A stretch of DNA of 64,000 bases from Candidatus Hydrogenedentota bacterium (GTDB lineage Bacteria; Hydrogenedentota; Hydrogenedentia; Hydrogenedentales; SLHB01), in assembly GCA_963745075.1 (NCBI GenBank), contig CAVUWV010000024.1, positions 288,001-352,000 of the forward strand. The letters are read 5' to 3'. Shown in pieces: positions 33,122-42,625 of this stretch. The translations under genes were made by a program, and so were the position numbers. A model generated the notes under the pieces. The model was given only the letters and a program-made list of their open reading frames with translations. It made no database searches and was not told the origin of the DNA. Position 1 is the stretch's first letter. Each line of letters starts with the position of its first letter.

Positions 33122-33204
33122 CGGTTTATGGAATTTCGTGCGAATTCGGGCATTGATGGCCCATTCCCCCGTGTTATACTCAAAAGAGACAGGAGGGATG
33201 TGCC

Positions 33205-33990
33205 ATGCGCGCGCTCAAACTTGCCCTGCTGGGCCTAATTCCATTGCTGACAACGGGATGCATGCTCGATATGCTCATGTCGACGGCCGTTCAGAGCGAA
33301 TTGGAGGCACAGCAACTCGGGACGTTGAAGAAACAACTCGACAACGCCAAACAAACCACGTCCGATATCTCGATCAATCAGGCGATCCAGGCCTACGCGG
33401 CCGAACACGGTTCCTATCCCGCGTCACTTCAGGACTTGGTGCCGGACTATTATTCCGAGGTGCCGACTCAGCCGGACGGAACGCCTTACGGCTACGACCC
33501 TTCAACGGGCAAGTTACTCGATGGTCCGGTGACGCCGCAGCCTGCTCGTCTACCCCAAGTGTCGAACACAGACAAGATTGCACAGATCCGTGCGGCCATC
33601 GATAAATACGGAAGGGCAACAGGCTATTATCCGACGTCGTTGGATCAACTCGCGCCGACATATATGCCTGAGGTTCCCATGGCCAACAACGGAATGCCGT
33701 TTCGCTACGATCCGCAGACTGGAGCCGTCTTCGAACCGCAGGGCCAGACGCCCAACCAAACCATGCCGTATGGTGGCCAACAGCAGCAACAAGCGGGTCG
33801 GCAGCCCGCCGCCGGTGGCGGCGGCCTCATGGGTGAAACAGTGACCGGCATCGGCATCCAGAACGAGCTGAACAACATGAGCAGCGCCGGTTCGAACGCC
33901 GCCGGCAGCCGTGCCCGTGCGGGCGCCCACGACCTCGGACAGCAAGAAACCCAGCGCCAAGAACAGGTGATGGATAACCTGGGTCTGTAG
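33205..33990 (+). CDS. Lipoprotein with two tandem pseudopilin(GspG)-like modules
   Basis: Lipobox TTGC; repeats AIxxYxxxxGxYPxSLxxLxPxYxxEVP...YDPxTG. Confidence 0.7.
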   Translation: MRALKLALLGLIPLLTTGCMLDMLMSTAVQSELEAQQLGTLKKQLDNAKQTTSDISINQAIQAYAAEHGSYPASLQDLVPDYYSEVPTQPDGTPYGYDPSTGKLLDGPVTPQPARLPQVSNTDKIAQIRAAIDKYGRATGYYPTSLDQLAPTYMPEVPMANNGMPFRYDPQTGAVFEPQGQTPNQTMPYGGQQQQQAGRQPAAGGGGLMGETVTGIGIQNELNNMSSAGSNAAGSRARAGAHDLGQQETQRQEQVMDNLGL

Positions 33991-34111
33991 TCCGGAGGCT
34001 GGAGTCTCCCGGGATGAGGTCAGATTCCGCCCTGGCAGTGAAGGTGCGTTCGTCTCTGGTGTCGCTGTTGTCCCTGGGTCTAAATGAAATACCGGCTTTG
34101 AAAGCTCCAGC

Positions 34112-35449
34112 CTATTCCAAACCCACCGGTTCCACATTCGTGAGCCGCACCACCACCGGGTTCGGCCATTGGTGGTCGTTGTAGAGACGCTGCCCACGAA
34201 TCACGCTTATATGCAGACCGTCGTCGCGTTGCTCGAAGCGCGGGGTGGCGTCCGCATCCGGCTGGTACTCGACGATGGTGCCGCTGTGACCGAGGACGGC
34301 AATCTCCGTTTTGTCCGTCGCGTGCGCCGTGGTTAAGATAAACTCCCGCCGCTCGCCGCGTTTCCAAGGGTCTTGTTTCGTCAGGAACGCGTAGAGGGTG
34401 TTCGCGTCTTTCGCTTTGGTGAACCAGATGTCGCCCTCGCGGATTACGCGCCACGGGCGTACTTTGTAGATCGCTTCACCGTTCACAAACATCCACAAGG
34501 CCAGTTCCCGGATGATCCGCTCCTGTTCGAAGGGAATAACGCCCGACGGTTCCGGTCCCACGTTCAGCAGAAGGTTGCCGCCTTTCGCGCGAATCTCGAT
34601 CAGCATTTCGATAAGTTGCGTGCCGGATTTGTATTCCTCGTTCGTGGGTTTGAACTGCCACTGCGTGCCGAGCGTATAACATGCTTCCCACGGCGGTGGC
34701 AGGGGAGCGTTCGGCGTGGTCTGCTCCGGGGTTTCCATCACGCCGCGTGTAATAACAACGTTTCGATCGATATCCCAGATCGTATTCACCGCGTCGGCGT
34801 TGTCGGGACTGTCCAGAAAGGCCAAGTTAATCGGGCCATAATTCGTAAACAGTTCATGAAGTTGCCGCCGATTGTGTTCCAGCATTTCCGGGTTGTTCGC
34901 GGGCAGGGCATAGGGACGTTTGCGCGCGACGACGTGCCCCTGTTTGTGCATGATCCACGCGTCCTCCGGCGAGAAGTACAGCCCTACGGCGATATCTTCA
35001 TTCCGGAAAGCGTCGACAATCTGGCGGGTGACGTCGCGGCCGTACGGCGTGTGCATGATCGAGAAGTCCGTGGTCTCCGTGTCGAACATGCAGAATCCGC
35101 TGTGATGTTTCGCCGTAAACATGAGGTAGCGCATCCCCGCGACACGTGCCAGCCGTGCCCAATCCGTGGGATCGAATTGTTTCGGCTCGAACGTTTTGGG
35201 GAGTTCGGTGAAGAAGCGGTCGGCGTACTCCTCTGATGCTCCGGCCAGTGAGTGGCTGATCACCGAACCCAATTGGGAATCGACGCTCCAGTGGATGAAC
35301 ATGCCGATGCCGAGATCCGAAAACCATTCCTCGCGTTCCGGCAGATTGCGAGGGATGGTTTCTTCTGCGCAAACGCCAACTGCGAGCAGCAGAGATACTA
35401 CGACACATCCAATCCGCTTCGAGCGTTTGCATGCAAAGACATCGATCAT
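34112..35449 (-). CDS. Alpha-L-fucosidase (GH29)
   Basis: GMFIHW, TAKHHSGF, KGGNLLLNVGP, NGEAIY. Confidence 0.9.
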   Translation of the reverse strand: MIDVFACKRSKRIGCVVVSLLLAVGVCAEETIPRNLPEREEWFSDLGIGMFIHWSVDSQLGSVISHSLAGASEEYADRFFTELPKTFEPKQFDPTDWARLARVAGMRYLMFTAKHHSGFCMFDTETTDFSIMHTPYGRDVTRQIVDAFRNEDIAVGLYFSPEDAWIMHKQGHVVARKRPYALPANNPEMLEHNRRQLHELFTNYGPINLAFLDSPDNADAVNTIWDIDRNVVITRGVMETPEQTTPNAPLPPPWEACYTLGTQWQFKPTNEEYKSGTQLIEMLIEIRAKGGNLLLNVGPEPSGVIPFEQERIIRELALWMFVNGEAIYKVRPWRVIREGDIWFTKAKDANTLYAFLTKQDPWKRGERREFILTTAHATDKTEIAVLGHSGTIVEYQPDADATPRFEQRDDGLHISVIRGQRLYNDHQWPNPVVVRLTNVEPVGLE

Positions 35450-35509
35450 GATCCCCCCTTGAGTCGGATTTCCGGTAACGACGCAGAGAAGCCTGCCATC
35501 GTGGAATGA

Positions 35510-36313
35510 TCAGCCCTCCTGCGTGGCATCGTCGACGCCGTACATGCCCAGGATGTTGTAGCCACTGTCGACGTGGAGGACTTCCCCCGTGACGCCCGAT
35601 GATAGATCCGAAAGCAGATACACGGCGGTCTGGCCGACCTCGTCCTGGGTCACATTCCGGCGGAGCGGCGCAAACTTCTCGGTCGTGCGGAGCATAAGCT
35701 TGACGCCGGCAATCGCGCTTGCGGACAGGGTGCGGATCGGTCCGGCGCTGATGCAATTCACCCGAATGCCCTTCTCGCCCAAGTCAAAGGCCAGGTACTT
35801 CGCACACGATTCCAGCGCCGCCTTCGCGACGCCCATCACGTTGTACCGGGGGACCACCTTTTCTGCGCCGTAATAGGTCATCGCGACGATACTGCCGCCC
35901 TCGTTCATGATCGGCGCCGCCTCCCGTGCGACGGCTACGAGCGAATACGCCGAAATGTCCAACGCCAACGCAAAGTTCGCGCGGCTCGTCGTAACAAACT
36001 GGTTGGCAAGATCTTCCTTGTTGGCGAAGGCAATGGAATGGATGATGAAATCGATCGAACCCCATTCCTGCTTCACCGATTGGAAAAACGCCGCGATCTC
36101 ATCGTCGTTCTGAACGTTGCACTGAAATACCGGCGACCCCGGCATGTGTTCATCCACGAGTTTGCGCACACGCCGCTCGAGGGTCTCCAGGTAGTTGAAC
36201 GCGAGCGTTGCGCCGGCCGCGGCGCACGCCTGTGCGCACCCCCATGCAATCGACTTCTCGTTTGCTACGCCGAGAACTACCCCGCGCTTTCCACTCAGTA
36301 ATCCTTCCGCCAT
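35510..36313 (-). CDS. fabI: Enoyl-ACP reductase
   Basis: GVANEKSIAWG, HSIAFA, YNVMGVAKAALE, ISAGPIRTL. Confidence 0.95.
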   Translation of the reverse strand: MAEGLLSGKRGVVLGVANEKSIAWGCAQACAAAGATLAFNYLETLERRVRKLVDEHMPGSPVFQCNVQNDDEIAAFFQSVKQEWGSIDFIIHSIAFANKEDLANQFVTTSRANFALALDISAYSLVAVAREAAPIMNEGGSIVAMTYYGAEKVVPRYNVMGVAKAALESCAKYLAFDLGEKGIRVNCISAGPIRTLSASAIAGVKLMLRTTEKFAPLRRNVTQDEVGQTAVYLLSDLSSGVTGEVLHVDSGYNILGMYGVDDATQEG

Positions 36314-36642
36314 CGTACCTCCTGTTGTGCAGTGCAGCGCAAAACGAATTTGCATTTCTCGTTTGTCAGACCTCACGCGCGAGTCAATTTTGATGCGCGG
36401 AGCGGCTCATTGTAATTGAACCCGCGATTCATTGCGACTTGTGCGTCATCCGAGTCCGGCCAAAGACCGGGGAGCGCGGCCGCTCGAAGTCGGGGAAGAT
36501 ACTGAAATGTACGTTTTGTCATGTTTGCATACATGAACGTAGCACTCGAGTTCGAGTCCTAGATCGTCTTTTTGCGCGCTTCTTGTGTGTAAGTGACGGC
36601 CTTGCATTGGTTTGCCGATCTCTTATCGATTCGTATCGCCCT

Positions 36643-36657
36643 TGGCACGGCAGTTGC
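36643..36657 (+). promoter_or_regulatory. Sigma54 (-24/-12) promoter facing the NagD-like gene
   Basis: TGGCAC-GGCAG-TTGC, exact consensus spacing. Confidence 0.7.
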
Positions 36658-37165
36658 CTCCCTTTGTGTGAAGATTTAATTTCGTTACTATCGGACAACG
36701 GAGAGAGAAGAGGACATCATGCACAGCCAACGCGGTATTCATCACCCCCCATTCATTCGTGGGGCTTCTCCTCCAGATGAATCGTCGAGATGCTTCTAAA
36801 CCATCACGCTGGTGCGCATTTCTCCAGCGCGCGACACAAGGCGGCGGCCGGACATGACCCTGGGCTCATCCCGCAGTATGCGTCAGCACGCGAACGGCGG
36901 CTATCGCGCGCGGGCAATCCGTCGGGACCGTGTGAGCGGAACTTCGGAATAGGCGCACGGGGCTCGGAGCCCTTGGCGCCGTGTCCGGTTACCCTGATGG
37001 GATTTGCTCGGCGGCGTTTGAAATCTGTGCCGCAAACTCACCTCGAAATAACCTGATTCAAATCTTCACGCGGTACGGTATCTTCGCGTGCAGTTTGCGT
37101 AAGGCAAGCAGAAAACCAAAAACAACGAGCACGGCTGCACCCCGTACTGGAAAGGATTGAACGCG

Positions 37166-37954
37166 ATGAGACAGGGGTTCTTGATCGACATGGACGGTGT
37201 CATCTACCGGGGACACGAAATGATCCCCGGAGCGGACACGTTCGTTCGTCAGTTGCTGGAGCGGAATATACCGTTCCTGTTTCTGACCAACAACAGTCAA
37301 CGTACCGGACGCGACGTGGCCACGCGGTTGCGTCGCATGGGCATTCCCGTGGAGGAGCGCCACATCTTCACCTGCGCCATGGCCACCGCGCGATTCTTGG
37401 CGCACCAGAAGCCGCACGGTACCGCCTTCGTTATCGGCGAGGGCGGACTTACCCAGGCGATGCACCACAACGGGTATTCGATTGTGGACAGCGATCCCGA
37501 CTACGTGGTGGTGGGGGAGGGGCGCACCTTCACCTTCGAGCACATCGAGAAAGCGGTGCGCATGATTGTGGGCGGCGCGAAACTCGTGGCGACCAATCCC
37601 GATCCCAATTGTCCCACGTCGGAAGGGCTTCGCCCCGGCTGCGGCGCCATCGTCGCCATGCTGGAGCGCGCCTCGGGAATCGAGGCCTTCAGCGTGGGCA
37701 AACCGAGCCCGGTCATGATGCGCGCGGCCCGGAAGGTGCTCGACCTATCCGCCGAAGAAACGACGATGATCGGCGACACGATGGAAACCGACATCCTCGG
37801 CGGCGTGCAGATGGGCTACCGGACAGTGCTCGTGCTCTCGGGCGGTACGCAGGAACACGACCTCGCACGATTCGCTTACAGTCCCGATGTCATTGTGGGA
37901 TCGGTTGCGGAACTTTGCGAGTCGGAAATGTTGCGGACCGAGCACGCGGCCTGA
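37166..37954 (+). CDS. HAD-IIA (NagD-like) hydrolase
   Basis: DMDGV, LTNNS, GKPSP, IGDTMETDI. Confidence 0.92.
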   Translation: MRQGFLIDMDGVIYRGHEMIPGADTFVRQLLERNIPFLFLTNNSQRTGRDVATRLRRMGIPVEERHIFTCAMATARFLAHQKPHGTAFVIGEGGLTQAMHHNGYSIVDSDPDYVVVGEGRTFTFEHIEKAVRMIVGGAKLVATNPDPNCPTSEGLRPGCGAIVAMLERASGIEAFSVGKPSPVMMRAARKVLDLSAEETTMIGDTMETDILGGVQMGYRTVLVLSGGTQEHDLARFAYSPDVIVGSVAELCESEMLRTEHAA

Positions 37955-38056
37955 AAGGAAACCGAGGACTCCGAAACGGGACCGTGAGCGTTGCCGGGTA
38001 AGAAGGTCCGGCCGCTTCGCCGTTCCGGTTGCCGATAGAGGCAGTGAACACGAGTA

Positions 38057-38836
38057 TTACTTGTTGAAAACCGGTGGCCGCCCTTCCAAAAACGCCGTAA
38101 GGCCTTCGCCAAGGTAATCGGCGGTCAGAAATTGTGCGAACGCCTCGCCTTCCGACTCCGTTAGCATGCCGGTCGTTTTTGCCAATACCGGTGCGCGCAG
38201 CGACGCCTTGCAGGCCTTAACCACGTCGCAGCTCAATCGGGACAATCGCGCGACTTGCGTGGTCACGAGTTCTTCCAAGCCATCGGACGGCGCGATACCG
38301 TCGACAAGCCCTGCGGCCAGCGCTTGGGCGGGGTCCAGTTTTTTACCGAGCATGACAACTTCACGCAGCATGGCCGGCGAACAGACGCCCGCGATCACCG
38401 ACGCCAACCCTTCCGGCACCGGCACGCCGACCTTGGCCTCCGCAAAACAAAGCGCCCCCCGTCCCTGATCCATATAGCGAAAATCCGCCGTGATGGCGAA
38501 GACCGCGCCGCCGGCCATGGCCGGACCGTTTAATACGGCGATATGGGGTTTCTTCAACGCATACAGCCCATGGACCAGTCGTCCTACGGCGGCGAACATC
38601 TCCTTGCGCCCTTCCAGGTCAGCTTCCAATACGGTCATCGGATTCAAACCGTTGCAGAACATCCCGTCTATCCCGGAGCGCGTAACAATCGCGCGCGTTA
38701 CGGAATGCGCGTCCGCCTCGTGATGGGCCGCCACGAGCGCGTCCATGATTTCGATGTCCAATAGGTTGAAGGGCGGATTGGTGTACATCACGGTCGAGAC
38801 GAGGCCGTCATGCGTGACGGAGATTGCGTCGCTCAT
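38057..38836 (-). CDS. Enoyl-CoA hydratase/isomerase family protein
   Basis: FCNGL, LNGPAMAGG, FAEAKVG, AGLVD. Confidence 0.88.
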   Translation of the reverse strand: MSDAISVTHDGLVSTVMYTNPPFNLLDIEIMDALVAAHHEADAHSVTRAIVTRSGIDGMFCNGLNPMTVLEADLEGRKEMFAAVGRLVHGLYALKKPHIAVLNGPAMAGGAVFAITADFRYMDQGRGALCFAEAKVGVPVPEGLASVIAGVCSPAMLREVVMLGKKLDPAQALAAGLVDGIAPSDGLEELVTTQVARLSRLSCDVVKACKASLRAPVLAKTTGMLTESEGEAFAQFLTADYLGEGLTAFLEGRPPVFNK

Positions 38837-38934
38837 GGAAAACTCCCTCGAAGTTCGGTGGAAACCTTGCAGCGTTCGAGGGGAGTTTACCACAGCACCG
38901 TGCGGAAAACGGACGATGCGAGCCAGCGGCCATA

Positions 38935-39180
38935 ATGTCTATACCGTGCACCATTCATCTCAAACCGCTTGATAAGGGTGGCTACCTTGTGACGGTTCCC
39001 GCATTACCTGGATGTGCGACGCAGAGTGAAACGTACGAACATGCCGTCGAAATGGCGAAAGAGGCGATCCATGCGTATGTAGCAGTCCTGATCGAAGATG
39101 GAGATCCAATTCCGAAGGAAACCGATCCGTCGCGAGTAATCGTCGCAGGAGTAAACGTCGAAGTCTCTGCCGCTCCATGA
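38935..39180 (+). CDS. hicB: HicB-family antitoxin
   Basis: GGYLVTVPALPGCATQSETYEHAVEMAKEAI. Confidence 0.88.
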   Translation: MSIPCTIHLKPLDKGGYLVTVPALPGCATQSETYEHAVEMAKEAIHAYVAVLIEDGDPIPKETDPSRVIVAGVNVEVSAAP

Positions 39181-39401
39181 CGGAAATCTCTGCGTCCGAG
39201 CCGGATAAAGTAATCAAAGCACTTTTGCGTCTCGGCGTTATGGAACGAAAAGAGCGAGATAGCCATTGGGTCTTTCGACATCCTACGAGCAACCGAATGA
39301 CGGTGACCCCGATTTACGCAAAGGAACGCGCTCCCGAATTTGTGAAGGAGATTATCAAACAATCCGGCATCGCCGTTGAAAAGTTTTTGGACGAACTCTA
39401 A
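39177..39401 (+). CDS. hicA: HicA-family toxin
   Basis: VIKALLRLG...DSHWVFRHP...IIKQSGI; overlaps hicB (ATGA). Confidence 0.8.
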   Translation: MTEISASEPDKVIKALLRLGVMERKERDSHWVFRHPTSNRMTVTPIYAKERAPEFVKEIIKQSGIAVEKFLDEL

Positions 39402-39407
39402 TCGAAT

Positions 39408-40871
39408 CTACCCGCGCCGCAGTTTCCCCGCGACCACGGGCTCGTAAATCTCCGCGATGTATTGCTTGGCCGCCTTTTCCCAGGTAAACCGCTGTTTGAA
39501 CCCGCGCGCCTGGAGGTCCCGATAACGATCCGGCGCGTTGACGTACAGGTCCCGCGCTTCACGGACCGTGTCGACCAGGTTCCGGAGCACCTTCTTGTTC
39601 GTCGCGCCATCGAACACGAAGCCAGTACCGTTGCGTCGCGTATGGGGGATGACCGTATCCACGAGCCCGCCCGTGGCCCGGACCAGGGGCGGCGTCGCGT
39701 TGCTCAAGGCCTCCATCTGAGTGATGCCGCAAGGTTCGTACAGGCTCGGCATCAGGAAGAGGTCGCTGCCCAGACTGATCGCCCGCGCCTTGTCCGGTAG
39801 AAAGGCCACCGTGGCCGAATAATTCTTGCGGTTCGTATAACGTTTGATGAACCGCTCGTACCTGGCGAGACCGGTCGCGAGTATGCAGACGTTGATGCCC
39901 TCCAGGTCCAGGAGGTGTTCCAGCACGGGGCGCCCGTCGAGTTTCTCGGTCAAGAGTTTGAACTTCTGTTCGACCGCACGCCCCACGAATCCCAGGATAA
40001 ATGCGTCCGGTTCCGCGAAGTCAGCGCTGATTTCGCGGCGGCTTTCGACTTTCGCTTCGAAGCACTTTGCGAATTCGGTCTTGGTCGGCTTGCACCGGTA
40101 ACTAAAGCCATTGAGGATACCGACGAGCTGTCCCTCGTCATGGAGGCGATTCGTTACTTCTTCCAATCCCTTGCCGCCCTCGAAATACCGCTTGGGGTCC
40201 TCGGGCTCCAGCATTTCTTTGGCGTATTGCGGGCTGACCGTGTGGGCGCAATCGCACAATTCCAAACCCAACCGCAAAGCGTTCACGCTTTTCCATTCCG
40301 GTCGCGGATCCCGATACAGCGGTTCGAGAGTCGCGGTGTCCAGTATGGTCTCCATTTCCGTGCCCTTGAGTCTTGAACGCGCGATGTTTCCCTGGTAGCC
40401 AATATTGTGAACGGTGATGACCCGGCCGCATGAAAGTCCCGCGAGTTCCAGGAATGCAAAGACGTACGCGAGCCCCCAATCGTTCACGTGAACGATGTCA
40501 GGCTTCTTCTCGCGAATGAGTTCCACGCAGGCCTTCGAGAAGAAGGAAAATCGTAAGGTATCATCGTAAAAAGGGACCTTCGCGCTATCTACATAAACGC
40601 TGCCGTATTTGCCTTCGAAATAGTCGGGACTCTTCACGAAATTCATTCGTACGCCGCCCAAGTGGGAGGGCACCACGCCGACGGAAACCGCTTTATTGCC
40701 ATGGATCGGGATCTTGCGGTCCACGATATTCATGCTGCCGTACCACGGTGTGACGATCTCGATGTCCACCCCCATCTTCTTGAGCGCCGGCGGCAGTTCG
40801 CCGGTGACATCCCCGATGCCGCCTGCCTTTGAAAACGGTTTGCACTCGGTCGCGAAATACAGAATTTTCAA
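39408..40871 (-). CDS. glgA: Glycogen/starch synthase (GT5)
   Basis: ECKPFSKAGGIGDV, HVNDW, TVHNIGYQG, MPSLYEPCG, TGGLVDTV. Confidence 0.88.
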   Translation of the reverse strand: MKILYFATECKPFSKAGGIGDVTGELPPALKKMGVDIEIVTPWYGSMNIVDRKIPIHGNKAVSVGVVPSHLGGVRMNFVKSPDYFEGKYGSVYVDSAKVPFYDDTLRFSFFSKACVELIREKKPDIVHVNDWGLAYVFAFLELAGLSCGRVITVHNIGYQGNIARSRLKGTEMETILDTATLEPLYRDPRPEWKSVNALRLGLELCDCAHTVSPQYAKEMLEPEDPKRYFEGGKGLEEVTNRLHDEGQLVGILNGFSYRCKPTKTEFAKCFEAKVESRREISADFAEPDAFILGFVGRAVEQKFKLLTEKLDGRPVLEHLLDLEGINVCILATGLARYERFIKRYTNRKNYSATVAFLPDKARAISLGSDLFLMPSLYEPCGITQMEALSNATPPLVRATGGLVDTVIPHTRRNGTGFVFDGATNKKVLRNLVDTVREARDLYVNAPDRYRDLQARGFKQRFTWEKAAKQYIAEIYEPVVAGKLRRG

Positions 40872-41052
40872 AACGCGTTACCTCCATCTGACATTTCTCA
40901 AAGGGTAGCACGTGTGAAGGGGGTCATGCTGTACGGGATTTTTTTGCCGCCGTGAGTCGCTCCGCACCAGGTGCTCCGCACCAGATGCATTTCGCCGCTT
41001 CCGCATGCTACCCTGCATGCCTTGGCAACTCCGAGTCCTGGAGGGAGACGTA

Positions 41053-42333
41053 ATGCGACGAGACAGACTGAGCCGAAGACAGTTCTTGACCCGGAGCGCG
41101 GCGGGCGTCGCTGCCGGTGTGGCAGGCGCGCGTGCGGCGCGGGCGACGGTCGGACCGAACGACAAGGTGCGGCTGGGCGTCATCGGCTGCGGAGGCATGG
41201 GTAGCCGGCACATTGCAGCGCTGGCGAAGAATCCCAATTGCACGATGGTCGCGCTATGCGACGTGTACAAGCCCCGGTACATGAAGGCCTGCGAAGCGGT
41301 GGGGGAGACCACCGGCAGCAAGCCGGACGGGTATCAGGATTATCGTTACGTGCTCGACCGCGCCGATGTCGACGCGATATTCGTCCCCACGCCGGACCAT
41401 TGGCATCCCTTGATTACCATTCACGGGTGCCAGGCCTGGAAAGACGTTTACGTGGAAAAACCCGCGTGCCCGACCGTCGCGGAAGGGCGGGCCATGGTCG
41501 AGGCGGCGCGCCGTTTTGGCCGCATCGTCCAACTGGGCACGCAACAGCGCTCCATGCCCATCTTTCAGGAAGCCATCGAGATCGTAAAAAGTGGCGCCTT
41601 GGGCACGATAACTTCTGCCGGTTGCTGGATTGGCACGAACGATTGGGGTGAAGGCTACGAAGTTCAGCCCGTGCCCGAAGGCCTCGATTGGGACCTCTGG
41701 CTCGGCCCATCACCGTATGAACCGTTCAGCCCACAGCGGTTCTCCGGGTTCATGGGCTGCCACGACTACGCCCGCGGCGGCCAGTTGACGAATTGGGGCG
41801 TCCACCTCATGGACATCGCCCAGTGGGGCATCGGCAAGGATCGGCCGCTCAGCGTTCAATCCATGGGGAACAGCAACGGCGGCGCCCCCGGCAGCGACAA
41901 CTATCACGTCATCGAGGTTCTACTCGAATACGAGGGCTGCAATGTCACGTGGGAACAGCGTCCCTCTGACATCCGATCAGGCAGCGGCTACGGGATCCGA
42001 TTCCAGGGTGAAAAGGGCCGGCTGTATGTGGACCGTAACCGCTACATTGTCGAGCCGGCCGACCTCGGCTACGGCGAGAAGATCGGCGCTCCGGAACTCA
42101 GTTGGGCCAACGACGACCATCACAACAATTTCTTCGAGTGCGTTAAGACCCGAAAGCGTCCGGTCGCAGAAATCGAGCAAGGCGTGCACTCGACGATCCC
42201 CGTGCTGCTTGCGGGCATCGCATTGAAAACTGGACGCAAAATGTTCTGGGACGGCGATGCGGAACAGTTCATTAACGACGACGACGCCAACCGGTACCTG
42301 ACCCGCTCGTACCGGTATCCGTGGCGGTTTTGA
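41053..42333 (+). CDS. Tat-exported Gfo/Idh/MocA oxidoreductase
   Basis: SRRQFL Tat motif; GVIGCGGMG, TPDHWH, YVEKP, WGVHLMD. Confidence 0.9.
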   Translation: MRRDRLSRRQFLTRSAAGVAAGVAGARAARATVGPNDKVRLGVIGCGGMGSRHIAALAKNPNCTMVALCDVYKPRYMKACEAVGETTGSKPDGYQDYRYVLDRADVDAIFVPTPDHWHPLITIHGCQAWKDVYVEKPACPTVAEGRAMVEAARRFGRIVQLGTQQRSMPIFQEAIEIVKSGALGTITSAGCWIGTNDWGEGYEVQPVPEGLDWDLWLGPSPYEPFSPQRFSGFMGCHDYARGGQLTNWGVHLMDIAQWGIGKDRPLSVQSMGNSNGGAPGSDNYHVIEVLLEYEGCNVTWEQRPSDIRSGSGYGIRFQGEKGRLYVDRNRYIVEPADLGYGEKIGAPELSWANDDHHNNFFECVKTRKRPVAEIEQGVHSTIPVLLAGIALKTGRKMFWDGDAEQFINDDDANRYLTRSYRYPWRF

Positions 42334-42418
42334 GGGACGCGTCGATGTTGAATCGTAATAGACGGAATTTCATTCAGTCATCGTCTTTGTTCGTGGCTGC
42401 ATCTGAAAACATGAAAAG

Positions 42419-42587
42419 AACATCCCCCTTGATCCCCCTTCCAAGGGGGAATGTCGCTCGCCGGCTTCTCTCGTCATTCGCTACGCGTTTGCGACCCACG
42501 TTTAGCCAGGGCAGCGATACGCGCCGCGGAGCGCGCGCGAAAATTCCCCCTTTGAAGGGGGCAGACGCGAAGCGTCGAGGGGGATGT
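42419..42587. repeat. Second REP-like inverted pair of the CCCCCTT..AAGGGGG family
   Basis: acatcccccttgatcccccttccaaggggga ... ttccccctttgaagggggcag...gagggggatgt. Confidence 0.75.
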
Positions 42588-42625
42588 GAATTCGGGGAAA
42601 CTGACGTCCATAAGGAGAGCAACTG

